IMG/VR virus record: IMGVR_UViG_2925908680_000001
Source: a virus
Lineage: Duplodnaviria; Heunggongvirae; Uroviricota; Caudoviricetes
DNA length: 64,000 nucleotides
Strand: one strand, 5' to 3'
Every line of letters starts with the position of its first letter. Position 1 is the first letter of the stretch. The translations under genes and the position numbers were made by a program. The notes below the pieces were generated by a model. That model made no database searches and was not told the DNA's origin. It saw nothing but the letters and a program-made list of their open reading frames with translations. This document shows positions 9,392 through 18,834 of the stretch, one piece after another.

Positions 9392-9756
9392 TAACTCCTA
9401 CATTCAGGGCAAGAGTTCCCTTCCGCAAAATAGGGGAAACTGCTATCAAGCTCATCACACCATCTGCGATGGTCGTAGCACCAAAACGCCTCCCACGGTG
9501 CACGGAAATACTTCATCCACCAGGACACTCGATCAGGTATATCTGCTGGTGGCAGCTCTTCTGGCAATAATTTGCCTGATAATTCCCTTTCCGCCCGCGC
9601 CAGCATTCCTTTTAGACTCGCATTCTCTTTTTCAAGAATATCTATGCGCGCCTGTAACTCAGCTTTCGTTGGCATGGTCCGCCTCATGCTTTTCAGCCAC
9701 CAGCGGCAATAAAGCCCTGGCCATCTTATGAACCAACAGAGCATCGATAATGCCAA
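9391..9756 (-). CDS. coiled-coil / zinc-ribbon small protein (paralog 2)
   Basis: C-terminal FPYFAEGNSCPECR plus shared WE(A/I)FxCxDH(K/R)xWxDELD motif. Confidence 0.5.
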   Translation of the reverse strand: MALSMLCWFIRWPGLYCRWWLKSMRRTMPTKAELQARIDILEKENASLKGMLARAERELSGKLLPEELPPADIPDRVSWWMKYFRAPWEAFWCYDHRRWCDELDSSFPYFAEGNSCPECRS

Positions 9757-10339
9757 GCGTATGCCCCGGCTTAATGTTTAATGCCGCCTCAAGGTGACAC
9801 CTTTCCAGGTCACTTTTCTCGGCTTGTTTATGATGATCTGGCGTAATAACGTCGCCCAAAACACGGCTAATTCTTTCTCGTAATTGCTGGGTGCCTGCAC
9901 ACTTGATCGCTGTATCGTGGAGACGGTTAACCAGTTCGCGATAAACATGCGGCTTAATGCGGATACGTTCACCGGTGACGCCCTTTCCTGGCGCTGGCAC
10001 CGAACTATCCGGAATATCCGGATAGTTGCCAGCCTCGTAAGCTACCCGCAGCCAGTGCATGAATGTTTCAGTGGACACACAACCACAGTCCACATCGATT
10101 TTTCCGCGTTGCTGTTCCAGCCACTGCTCAAAATTCAATCTACACGTATTACTTTCATGTTGCTCTTTTTGTCTCAAGGCCAGCACCTGTTGGGCCAGTT
10201 CCAGAACGATACCGGGTGACGCTAACCTCTCAAATTCCAATAAATAGTTTGCGTCAGGATGACAAGTAGCCTCGCCTGCAAAAAATACCAATTGCTGTAA
10301 GTATGCTGTCGTTAGAGTAGTCATTTCTTTTTGCGCCAT
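9659..10339 (-). CDS. mosaic protein sharing a C-terminal domain with the 18831-19481 product
   Basis: RLHDTAIKCAGTQQLRERISRVL here versus ALRDVAIECHGTDQLRARLSNTL in the other protein. Confidence 0.55.
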   Translation of the reverse strand: MAQKEMTTLTTAYLQQLVFFAGEATCHPDANYLLEFERLASPGIVLELAQQVLALRQKEQHESNTCRLNFEQWLEQQRGKIDVDCGCVSTETFMHWLRVAYEAGNYPDIPDSSVPAPGKGVTGERIRIKPHVYRELVNRLHDTAIKCAGTQQLRERISRVLGDVITPDHHKQAEKSDLERCHLEAALNIKPGHTLGIIDALLVHKMARALLPLVAEKHEADHANES

Positions 10340-10695
10340 TTCTTTTCACATTCCTTAGTCCATTTTTCAATGTTCATTTTGGCAATATCAGTCATTCCAT
10401 CACCTAAGAAATACTTTTTCCGGTACGTCTTGCACTTAAACCACACTACAACAGCCACCAGCCAGAAAATAAAAGGCCATACGGCAATACCAACTCCAGC
10501 CGCGATAAAGCCCAATATCCATAAATGAAGCTCTCCAACTTCTGTTTCCGGCAATATTCTTAAAGAATTAAACAGCAGGCTGAACGAATGGTCGTATGCA
10601 TTGGCAGTATAAGACATGCAATCCATATAATTAAAGTCATAGCCTGCGGCTGCCGCCCATAATGGGCGGTCAAGAAAATGTTTTAGTGTCATCAT
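10321..10695 (-). CDS. small membrane protein, 124 aa
   Basis: Two hydrophobic helices (LWILGFIAAGVGIAVWPFIFWLVAVVVWF) and a Lys-rich tail. Confidence 0.5.
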   Translation of the reverse strand: MMTLKHFLDRPLWAAAAGYDFNYMDCMSYTANAYDHSFSLLFNSLRILPETEVGELHLWILGFIAAGVGIAVWPFIFWLVAVVVWFKCKTYRKKYFLGDGMTDIAKMNIEKWTKECEKKWRKKK

Positions 10696-10701
10696 ATTAA
10701 T

Positions 10702-10995
10702 TTAAGGTTCAGACCAGTTATCTTCAATAGCAATGCTTAATCTTTGTAGCCATTCTGCTAATTTCAGCATTGCTTCTCTTTCGCTTAAACCACACGGAAA
10801 ATCATCAAGCGATATTGTTGGCTTGAAGTTTCCCAAATTATCCATTTCAACGGTCAGATTTTGCTCCAGAACGGTATTTCTTACGCGGCTATTGTGCCGA
10901 AGCAAATATACTGAACGTGATTTATTGGTTTTGTGGTCGAACGTATATTCGGTAAGTATCATCTGACTTCCGCCATGATTATTACCGCGCCACAT
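10702..10995 (-). CDS. hypothetical protein, 97 aa
   Basis: ORF only. Confidence 0.4.
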   Translation of the reverse strand: MWRGNNHGGSQMILTEYTFDHKTNKSRSVYLLRHNSRVRNTVLEQNLTVEMDNLGNFKPTISLDDFPCGLSEREAMLKLAEWLQRLSIAIEDNWSEP

Positions 10996-11018
10996 AATTA
11001 CTCCGTGTTAATTGAAAT

Positions 11019-11381
11019 TTAGCTATTAATCTTCACTTTTATCGCGAACACCTTTACCGGTTTATCACCGAAGTGTGGATGTGTGATTGTTTTTATTTCA
11101 TATCCGTTATACGGGACGTCTATTCTGCGACTGGAATCGTCGCGCTTCGGATATCCCTTTGTGATAATCAGGCGGTCATATTCCCGGAACATGATTCGCT
11201 TATTCCAGTAGTCATTACACAAGCGATACTCTTCCGTTTTCTCTCCAGACTTCATCTGGTCGAAATATTCACCGTTAACTGCCAGTTGAAGGTTAGCCAC
11301 GGTTAACCTCCTGCGGTGGTTCCGGTAGCGGCATCCAGTGAGTTGCCTGCTCAATACCATTACCCGGTTTAATCGTTGCAT
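11019..11381 (-). CDS. hypothetical protein, 120 aa (possibly ASCH-like)
   Basis: ORF; weak resemblance to ASCH-type small domains. Confidence 0.35.
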   Translation of the reverse strand: MQRLNRVMVLSRQLTGCRYRNHRRRLTVANLQLAVNGEYFDQMKSGEKTEEYRLCNDYWNKRIMFREYDRLIITKGYPKRDDSSRRIDVPYNGYEIKTITHPHFGDKPVKVFAIKVKINS

Positions 11382-12537
11382 CTCCGCGCCGAAAGGTGCT
11401 TCCGGTATAGCGTGCGGAGCATATTAGCGGTTCAACCAGAGAGCTATCGAAATTCACCGAAATAAGCACGTTCTGGCCCTTTTCAGGCATTCGCTCACTA
11501 CAGCTTATCCAACTATCCGAAATTACCGGAGAGTTTACGGCTAACGAGCGACCCAACTCAGCGCGGGCTTGCCAGGCTAACCAGGCAGCGTTTTTTGCGC
11601 CAACACCAGCTATGGGGAGGTTCTCGTCGTTATTCCAGGCATTGAAAGCTGCACGTTCATCAAGCCCAACAGGTACTACTGCCAACTGACTGGCATATTT
11701 GTTAATGGTAACGATAAGCTCTTGCTCAGCCTCATCCAGACAATCACCGATACCTCGCCTGTCACCGTCAAAATCATCGAAATCGGCACGAATCTTGGCA
11801 ACCTTCAGGATTGCGGACAACACCTCACTAAGAATTACCGGATAGTTGGTTGACGTTTCCGCGATTTCCCGAAAATTATTGGTTGATGTTTCCGCGATTT
11901 CCCGAAAGTTTCCGGCATGAAGCATAGCCGCGCGGCAGGCGTTCCAGCCACCACGAAACCCATTAGCCCATGCATCACTTTTCGGTAATTTCTCCATTAA
12001 ATCATCAGCAATTTCCCCAGGTACTACCGGCACTGGCTTGGCGGTATAAAGCGGTGTTATATCTGCCCGAAAATTACATGCTTTATGCAGCCGCACCCAC
12101 CGTTCGACTTCTGCTTTGTCAAAATACATACCAGTGAACGTGTTATATTCACGGTCAATTTGCGTGAATGTTACCTTCCACGCCACCGGCTCTGCTTCCA
12201 GCGATGCCAGCGCAATTCGTGCCAGTTCTTCCGCTTCTTCTGCTGGCAGTACAACGTTGCTACCCGGTCCGTATGTTTCGCGCCACTGCTTGATTGTCAG
12301 CAGTCGCTCTTTGGTTATAGTGGTCATGGGTTTTCCATCCGCCATCTCTTCATCGGTTTCCCATAAAACTCGCGCCTGCCCCTCACAGACTTGAATGACT
12401 CCGCCACGACCGCAGGAGTTGCACTTAACGGCATCGTCATCCCACAAGGCGGTTTCATTTCCGCGAGCTGTTTTGACCGTGTGTGATTTATTCCCGCAGC
12501 GGCATTTGTTGAGCCAGTCAATAGTGAAAGTTTTCAT
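11293..12537 (-). CDS. hypothetical protein, 414 aa, DUF551-like C-terminus
   Basis: C-terminal HWMPLPEPP motif; internal duplicated 11-residue unit (NFREIAETSTN x2) from a 33-bp tandem DNA repeat. Confidence 0.55.
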   Translation of the reverse strand: MKTFTIDWLNKCRCGNKSHTVKTARGNETALWDDDAVKCNSCGRGGVIQVCEGQARVLWETDEEMADGKPMTTITKERLLTIKQWRETYGPGSNVVLPAEEAEELARIALASLEAEPVAWKVTFTQIDREYNTFTGMYFDKAEVERWVRLHKACNFRADITPLYTAKPVPVVPGEIADDLMEKLPKSDAWANGFRGGWNACRAAMLHAGNFREIAETSTNNFREIAETSTNYPVILSEVLSAILKVAKIRADFDDFDGDRRGIGDCLDEAEQELIVTINKYASQLAVVPVGLDERAAFNAWNNDENLPIAGVGAKNAAWLAWQARAELGRSLAVNSPVISDSWISCSERMPEKGQNVLISVNFDSSLVEPLICSARYTGSTFRRGDATIKPGNGIEQATHWMPLPEPPQEVNRG

Positions 12538-12803
12538 GATGCCTCTCCTTTACCCGCTGCTTTCGCCTGCTCTTTAGCAAGTCGCTCCGCTTCTCTGAAA
12601 TCCCAATCCACTCGATGTGCTATATCAATTGCAGAGCGCACGGTTCGCTCAATTAGCGTATCCAGATTGTCAATTGTCATTGCCATATCTGGATTGCGAG
12701 ATAAAATCTCCGCCCTCTGAATCTGCCAGTTGTTGCAGGTTTCAAGTAATGAGTTAGCCATATCACTCTCCTTTGATGCGAATGCCAGCGGTGCGGGAAT
12801 CAT
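12534..12803 (-). CDS. hypothetical protein, 89 aa
   Basis: ORF only. Confidence 0.4.
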   Translation of the reverse strand: MIPAPLAFASKESDMANSLLETCNNWQIQRAEILSRNPDMAMTIDNLDTLIERTVRSAIDIAHRVDWDFREAERLAKEQAKAAGKGEAS

Positions 12804-13515
12804 TCCATCGCTTTACTTCTTCACGAATTACGTCAATGCATTCTTTCGAATCCATTAGGTAATCTTCATCAAAAAGACGTTCCTGTTCGTTTTCTATCGC
12901 AACAATGATTGCTTCAACTAACTTTTGTGCCTGAGAATCACTTTCTAACTCTGCTATGCGCTTCTCTGCGGCTTCCAGCTTCTCGCGCATATCGTCAACG
13001 TACTCGACCAGAGATCCGCCAGCAGGAATTTCGCACTCCTCGACCAGTTGGAAGTAGATATCAGCTGCGGCCCGTGTGTTGCTATGCCTTGCGTCGCCCA
13101 TCTCACCTTCACGAAGAGCATCGCGTTCGGCGGTAAGATTGGCTATTTTGCTGTCTTTGCCTTCCAGCTCAACGCGCAGCCTCCCAACCGTTAGCGCAAT
13201 TTCCTCGTTCTCCTGGTCGCGGCGTTTGATGTATTGCTGTTTTCTTTCCAGCTCATCCAGCAGCGCCAAGACGGTAGCCGGATTGGCTGCGGCGATGAAT
13301 TCAGCATTGGCCTGCTGTTCCATTTGGAAATCTTCATCGAAACCGCTTTCTGGATGCGCTCCTTCAATTCTGCAAATTGGAAGATATCCAACAACCTCAC
13401 GATGAATTAGCGCATCATCACCATCAAATCGGCCATTTCCATATTCGAGCGACCACACACCACACGTTGCTTTCTCTGCCTTTTCACGCAGTGCCTGATA
13501 GTCAATCTTGTTCAC
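12763..13515 (-). CDS. Ead/Ea22-like protein
   Basis: N-terminal IDYQALREKAEKAT motif typical of Ead/Ea22-like prophage proteins; coiled-coil centre. Confidence 0.6.
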   Translation of the reverse strand: MNKIDYQALREKAEKATCGVWSLEYGNGRFDGDDALIHREVVGYLPICRIEGAHPESGFDEDFQMEQQANAEFIAAANPATVLALLDELERKQQYIKRRDQENEEIALTVGRLRVELEGKDSKIANLTAERDALREGEMGDARHSNTRAAADIYFQLVEECEIPAGGSLVEYVDDMREKLEAAEKRIAELESDSQAQKLVEAIIVAIENEQERLFDEDYLMDSKECIDVIREEVKRWNDSRTAGIRIKGE

Positions 13516-14105
13516 TGGTTGCCTCCTTTGCGAAGCTGGGCGGCGAACTCGTTAAGTGATATGTAGCAATCTCCAAATGTTAACGAACCGCTCGACCGCA
13601 TATGCTCCATAGCCATCTCCACGCCCTGCGCCCGTACTTCAGCCAGGAAAGCGTCGGTAGCTGGCGTTTCGCTGTGGTGCAGGGCATCATTAATAATCAT
13701 CGCAGCAACTCCGGCCTGCCCTGCATCCGTGACCGACACATGCTCAAGAGTTACGGCCATTGCGTGTTTCAGCCCAGCGTTCTCTGCCACCAGCGCAGCG
13801 AGATTAGTCTCAAGCTCTGAAATTCGGCACGTGGCATCAATATTTGTGTCCTCCAAGCACTTAATTTCACCAAGCAGCTCCAGTGCAACCTTTGGGTTGA
13901 ACGCGGCAACATGACGAGCGTTGTTCTCTGCATTTTTCTGTCCATCAAAGCCGGTCCATTTGATAACGTCTTCACATCGTTCATCACCGGGCGTGCGCAC
14001 CGCATAAGTACCAGTATCCGTCGAAATAAATGCGACCCATTCGTCTGGTGTTGCCTTTTCTGCCGCCTCACGCAGTACCTGATAGTCAATTGTCATTCTC
14101 GCCAT
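13512..14105 (-). CDS. Ead/Ea22-like protein
   Basis: N-terminal IDYQVLREAAEKATPDEW; C-terminal [15 protein letters not shown] shared with the 17557-18219 product. Confidence 0.6.
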   Translation of the reverse strand: MARMTIDYQVLREAAEKATPDEWVAFISTDTGTYAVRTPGDERCEDVIKWTGFDGQKNAENNARHVAAFNPKVALELLGEIKCLEDTNIDATCRISELETNLAALVAENAGLKHAMAVTLEHVSVTDAGQAGVAAMIINDALHHSETPATDAFLAEVRAQGVEMAMEHMRSSGSLTFGDCYISLNEFAAQLRKGGNQ

Positions 14106-14737
14106 CCTTCACAGTTGTAATCACTACAGCCTTCAAAATCATATGGGCTGTACTGCCAGGTGATTTTTCCGCAATGCGGACAATTCCAGCGCACCTTCCC
14201 GCTTCGTGACTTCTTTCTTCTGTTTTGCTTTTTCAACCAGTCAGGCATGATCAAACCTGCGCCCTGAACCATTGTTCTGCGGTTAAAATTATTGATATTG
14301 AACGTCCGCCGCTTTGCTGCATCGGCAATGGAAAATGGCAACCAAACTATTCCTGGTTCGTTTTTGTTGGCGACGCTAAAGATGGTTGCTTTACTGAAGT
14401 CATCGGTTGGCAATCCACCGTGTTGAAGCCAGTAAACATCGTTGCCATTCCAGCAACCTTTTTTGTAGGCCACATACGCAGTGCAATCTGACTCAATCAG
14501 GCTTTCTGTAGGGATGTACTGGCAATCAACGTGCCACACTGCCATTGCATCCACGCTATCAGCGCAAACAGGCTGATCGATATCTCGACCACAATTCCAG
14601 GCTTTTTGGGCTTCTTCCAGCGTGTAAACATGAGCGCGATCGATATCAGAGCTGTAACCATTGCCGTTATGGCAATGGAATGAGGCGTTATTACCCACAG
14701 TTTCACGCAAGCACATCATGTAAAAGCGGTTATTCAC
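14093..14737 (-). CDS. Cys-rich hypothetical protein, 214 aa
   Basis: C-terminal CPHCG...C...C zinc-ribbon-like arrangement. Confidence 0.5.
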   Translation of the reverse strand: MNNRFYMMCLRETVGNNASFHCHNGNGYSSDIDRAHVYTLEEAQKAWNCGRDIDQPVCADSVDAMAVWHVDCQYIPTESLIESDCTAYVAYKKGCWNGNDVYWLQHGGLPTDDFSKATIFSVANKNEPGIVWLPFSIADAAKRRTFNINNFNRRTMVQGAGLIMPDWLKKQNRRKKSRSGKVRWNCPHCGKITWQYSPYDFEGCSDYNCEGWRE

Positions 14738-15023
14738 TGGTTGCCTCCGCTTCCCACGTTTTCAGACTTTCACCACAGAACGGGCAAAATGAAACTCGAA
14801 TCGGCGATTTAGAAAATTCACCAGACCGCAGCATGATCAGGTCCTGTGAATGAATTAATTCATGGTTATAGATTTTGTATTTCAGCAGACCTTTCCGCGT
14901 CGTGTATTCAGCATCCTGCTCCAGGGATTGTGCCAACGCCGCGCACGGTTCTATTTTTTTGTCATTAATCAAACAAGTGGAGATTCTGCACTTTGCAGCT
15001 CCGTCACCATTACCTTGACTCAT
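14730..15023 (-). CDS. hypothetical small protein with CPFCG motif
   Basis: ORF only. Confidence 0.4.
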   Translation of the reverse strand: MSQGNGDGAAKCRISTCLINDKKIEPCAALAQSLEQDAEYTTRKGLLKYKIYNHELIHSQDLIMLRSGEFSKSPIRVSFCPFCGESLKTWEAEATSE

Positions 15024-15036
15024 TGCATTGTTCCCA

Positions 15037-16032
15037 TCAGTTATTGAACGTGATCACTCCGCGCTCGATGGCGAAGTCGAAAAGCTGGTTGGCGGCTACG
15101 TAAAGGCGTATGCCATGTGCTTTTTCCCATGCCCGGACATCGTTTTCTGCGCTTCTGGCGCATTCATCGCAAAGAGGAACGGCCCAGCGATCGTGTTCGT
15201 TTAACGAGCGGGCGCGGTACATGAACGGGTGGTTAACTTTGCCACCGCATCCGATGCACGGACGAGAAACCACAAACCGGAGATAAGCCGGGCTTTTACC
15301 GAGGACCGCTTTTGGTCGGCGCATATACAGCAGGCCAGAATCCTCATCTACAGACAGGTTGACGATCTGCTCTGCGGTTATGTCCACCAGCTCGCGCGTA
15401 CTGCGCTCCCAGGTGATATCTGATTCTTTCAGCGTACCGGTAGGGATGTCAGTTTTTGGCTGACAAAATGCAATGCGACCAGCTTCATCAGGCAGTTCGT
15501 CTTTAAGATTCCGGCGAATGGCCCAAAAGGTGAGTTCAACCATGCTCAGATCGCGATCTGGCGGAAGTTTTAACTCGCTGGCAGCCCAGTTCATAATCCA
15601 GTTGGCGCGATTCAGTGACAGTTGGTCTTCCAGCTTGCCGTATCCCTTCATCATGTATTCCGCATCATGCTTCCAGCACAGGCGAACGGCAGAACCGTTA
15701 TAGAAGTGAGTGGTTAGCTGGTGGCTACAATCGCGCTTATCATGCGCCTGGCAATCGTGAATGTTGGTGCTAACCCAGTGAACGATAGAATCCTCGCCAC
15801 CTAACGCATTAAATACGCGCTCACTTTGAAAAAAGGGTGTCAGTGACTGGTTGGCAACCAGGGAATAATTCAGGTCCACGACGCCATCAGGGGTGTTTTC
15901 AGCCTGTTCGCGCGGCAATGGGGAGATAAGAAAACGGCGACCGGCGCCGATGTAATTGCTGGTGGGCTTATCTACAGGAAAGACAGCCACACCAGTTTCA
16001 TTTACGACATATGGGGTGATTATTGCACTCAT
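15037..16032 (-). CDS. hypothetical protein, 331 aa, with C-terminal Cys cluster
   Basis: CIGCGG...CDEC zinc-binding-like C-terminus. Confidence 0.55.
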   Translation of the reverse strand: MSAIITPYVVNETGVAVFPVDKPTSNYIGAGRRFLISPLPREQAENTPDGVVDLNYSLVANQSLTPFFQSERVFNALGGEDSIVHWVSTNIHDCQAHDKRDCSHQLTTHFYNGSAVRLCWKHDAEYMMKGYGKLEDQLSLNRANWIMNWAASELKLPPDRDLSMVELTFWAIRRNLKDELPDEAGRIAFCQPKTDIPTGTLKESDITWERSTRELVDITAEQIVNLSVDEDSGLLYMRRPKAVLGKSPAYLRFVVSRPCIGCGGKVNHPFMYRARSLNEHDRWAVPLCDECARSAENDVRAWEKAHGIRLYVAANQLFDFAIERGVITFNN

Positions 16033-16136
16033 AATGCATACCGACTCTGTTTTGTTCCGAGCGGTAAAATAATATGTTAGAAAATTAAAATCAACAATCT
16101 AACACGATTTTGAGCGCGTAAACGATGTAACCCGGC

Positions 16137-16820
16137 TTACGGTTGCCCTCCCTTCACCTGCATTAGCGTCAGGTTTCCGCAAAATACAGCACCAGTATCG
16201 ATATAATGCTGGTTCCAGAATGCTTTTGGGCTTTTAGCCGGGGTGTGTCCGAAGATAAAGCGATCTGCACCTGTAATTTCTTCACCGATGCCATCTATCG
16301 AATCACTAACACGGTCGCGCGACCAGATGACATTGAAAAGCGGCACAGCCTTACCGAACTGATACTCTCTATCCGGATAGTCAGCATGAGCAATGACAAT
16401 AGTCTCCTGCCCGGTGTTCAGCTCAATGATATGAGGCAATTGCCTTACCAGCTCCACCAGCGCCCTGGCTAAAACTTCCTTATCACTATCCAGCATAAAG
16501 AACCACTGGCCGCCATTCATTAGCCAGTTATTCACGTTTCCAGCTGGGCTTAACGCATCGATCATCAACCGCTCATGGTTACCCATGACAGCCCGGAACC
16601 AGGGCATCTGCAATAACTCCAGGCATTCGACATTTTCAGTACCGCGATCGATAAGGTCGCCGACTGATATCAGTAAATCCTGCGCCGGGTCAAAATCCAC
16701 ACGATGGAGTTCATTCATAAGCAGGGTGTAGCAACCGTGCAAATCACCAACAACCCATATGTTTCTGTATCCTGAACCATCAATACGGCTATATAACGCC
16801 TGGTCGTTAACGGTGATCAT
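16137..16820 (-). CDS. Ser/Thr protein phosphatase (lambda PPase / calcineurin-like)
   Basis: GDLHG, GDLIDRG, GNHE metallophosphatase motifs. Confidence 0.85.
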   Translation of the reverse strand: MITVNDQALYSRIDGSGYRNIWVVGDLHGCYTLLMNELHRVDFDPAQDLLISVGDLIDRGTENVECLELLQMPWFRAVMGNHERLMIDALSPAGNVNNWLMNGGQWFFMLDSDKEVLARALVELVRQLPHIIELNTGQETIVIAHADYPDREYQFGKAVPLFNVIWSRDRVSDSIDGIGEEITGADRFIFGHTPAKSPKAFWNQHYIDTGAVFCGNLTLMQVKGGQP

Positions 16821-17044
16821 TCTGCAACATCCTCCAAATCAGCAACCGCGTCCATCACATCAGAACCTCGAATAACTTCAAAAGCGCGGCAGGCCATTTG
16901 AAATACCTGTTGTTCTTGCGGGTGCGGAGACTCCCAATATTTGAAGCCTGGGCGATGCGTGTACCCCATCATGGAATAAAAATCGCCAGCAAGTTCAATC
17001 GCGGCATCAACAAGTTCGCGATTAGTCATTCGCTTTGCTGCCAT
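16817..17044 (-). CDS. hypothetical small protein
   Basis: ORF only. Confidence 0.4.
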   Translation of the reverse strand: MAAKRMTNRELVDAAIELAGDFYSMMGYTHRPGFKYWESPHPQEQQVFQMACRAFEVIRGSDVMDAVADLEDVAE

Positions 17045-17315
17045 TTGCTTTCTCCTGTCGGAACATCACGATCATCAGGTCACCTTTTGTCGCTATCCTG
17101 GCTGTTGTGCCAGGCTCAATGCGGCTAAGTTCAAATGCGTCATAGAACGCCTCTAACGCTTTCTGGCGTATCTCCTGTTTGCGGCGCTTTCCCCACTGCT
17201 TTAGAAAAACAGAGGCCGCCCACTTCCCCGCACTGAACATGATGTAAAACCAACCGAGCAGGGCCAAACCTGTGTTGAGGGCCGTATCGATCGTTATCGT
17301 GGTGTCGATATTCAC
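17022..17315 (-). CDS. hypothetical small membrane protein
   Basis: Hydrophobic N-terminal segment. Confidence 0.4.
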   Translation of the reverse strand: MNIDTTITIDTALNTGLALLGWFYIMFSAGKWAASVFLKQWGKRRKQEIRQKALEAFYDAFELSRIEPGTTARIATKGDLMIVMFRQEKANGSKAND

Positions 17316-17560
17316 TGTGGTGGCTCCTGCTTTTCTGCCTTCAATACCATGCGCGAACCATCATCCAGCTCCCAATTAATTTCACCGCCTTCTTCCATGA
17401 CCAGATGCCAGACGAGTTGAGCGGCCTCGTTGGTTACATCACGACCGCGATCATTGCCAACACGACGTTTTGTTCCATCCCCTAAGTCACGCATTTTTGC
17501 CAACACGATGGTTTTTGATAGCGGTGAAAAACCAAGCTGTAGTCGTGCTGAATTGCTCAC
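17312..17560 (-). CDS. hypothetical small protein
   Basis: ORF only. Confidence 0.4.
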   Translation of the reverse strand: MSNSARLQLGFSPLSKTIVLAKMRDLGDGTKRRVGNDRGRDVTNEAAQLVWHLVMEEGGEINWELDDGSRMVLKAEKQEPPQ

Positions 17561-18219
17561 TGTTTCCCTCCCTTGCGAAGCTCTGCGGCAAAGTCAGTGG
17601 CATGTTCACCGAGTAGCTTCCAGTTATCGCGTATATCAGATGCAAATGACTGTTCAGATTTTGAGTTACATTTCTGTGCAAACATCTCCAATCCCTGCGC
17701 CCGGACTTCAGCCAGGAAAGCGTCGGTGGTTGGAGTCCCTTCAACCTTCAGCCCTATAGGGGCCAGGTAATACTTCAGCCCCGCATTCTCCGCCGCCAGC
17801 GACGCGCAATTACCCTCCAGCTCTGCAATGCGCTGTTTTGCAGCATCAAGTTCAATCGATAATTTTTCCAACTGCTCTTTATGCTTCTTGTATTCCTGAT
17901 ATGCGTGCCAGGACTGACCTTTGCGCACACTATCAGTAATATCAGTAATCTGTTCTGGTGTTAGCGTGGTTAGTGGCTGTGCTGGGAAAATCAGCACTTT
18001 CCCGGAATCCCAATCAAAACCAGCGTGAATTGACTGAACCTCAACTGAGGGTGTTGAACCAATGCTGCCAGGCGAATGAACAACGATCGTTACATCCATA
18101 TCGCGACGATGGCTGTGGTTGTTGGACAAAATACGATTCACCAACTCAGAAAATTTGGAAAATTTCATGCTGATTCCCTTTGCTCTTCCTGGATAATATT
18201 GTTGCAATCTTTCACGCAC
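17557..18219 (-). CDS. mosaic Ead/Ea22-family protein, 220 aa
   Basis: C-terminal [15 protein letters not shown]...[10 protein letters not shown] shared with the 13512-14105 product. Confidence 0.55.
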   Translation of the reverse strand: MRERLQQYYPGRAKGISMKFSKFSELVNRILSNNHSHRRDMDVTIVVHSPGSIGSTPSVEVQSIHAGFDWDSGKVLIFPAQPLTTLTPEQITDITDSVRKGQSWHAYQEYKKHKEQLEKLSIELDAAKQRIAELEGNCASLAAENAGLKYYLAPIGLKVEGTPTTDAFLAEVRAQGLEMFAQKCNSKSEQSFASDIRDNWKLLGEHATDFAAELRKGGKQ

Positions 18220-18527
18220 TCGTTGCAGATGAAAACGTTGTCCCCGGCAATTAACTTTTTAACGGTGTGCTGGGATTTGTTGCAGAAGCTGCAATAAAGC
18301 GTTGGACTGGCTGATACGGATTGTGCGCCAGATGTCAGCCGCGCGATGTCGTTCTTGCGACGCAATATCACACGGCTGCACTCGACCAGCATCTCCGGGG
18401 ATATCTTCTCCTCCGTAGCGAGCGTTTCTAATCGTTCGAGTATGTGGAAGGCTTTTTCCTGGGTAATCCTGGGTAATTCAGCGTTACGCTCTGCCAGTTG
18501 TGCGGGCGTTAAACCTTCAGACTTCAT
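18165..18527 (-). CDS. small protein with ClpX-type C4 zinc-binding domain at its C-terminus
   Basis: [39 protein letters not shown] closely parallels the N-terminal zinc-binding domain of E. coli ClpX ([39 protein letters not shown]). Confidence 0.6.
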   Translation of the reverse strand: MKSEGLTPAQLAERNAELPRITQEKAFHILERLETLATEEKISPEMLVECSRVILRRKNDIARLTSGAQSVSASPTLYCSFCNKSQHTVKKLIAGDNVFICNECVKDCNNIIQEEQRESA

Positions 18528-18834
18528 ACACTCTCCTTTCGAAATAAACGTACTGATTAATCATGCCCAGGGGCATTTCGAGTTTTTCCGCGATCTCACG
18601 GCGGGGAACACCACACTGATGAAGCTGCCGTGCCAGTTCTATATCGCTCTGCCGGTATTTGGCTGACGGATGAAAGTCTCCTTTCAGAATCATGCTGATC
18701 CCCAGCTCCCGCGCTTTAGTCCTGACGGCATCACCGGTACGACCGATCAGCTTCCCAATACTCTCTACCGTCATAGTTCCGGCGCACTGGCGGAGTATCA
18801 TGATTTCTGCCCTTCCCCATCCCCGCCAGCTCAC
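18517..18834 (-). CDS. putative helix-turn-helix DNA-binding protein, 105 aa
   Basis: HTH-like segments. Confidence 0.45.
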   Translation of the reverse strand: MSWRGWGRAEIMILRQCAGTMTVESIGKLIGRTGDAVRTKARELGISMILKGDFHPSAKYRQSDIELARQLHQCGVPRREIAEKLEMPLGMINQYVYFERRVYEV

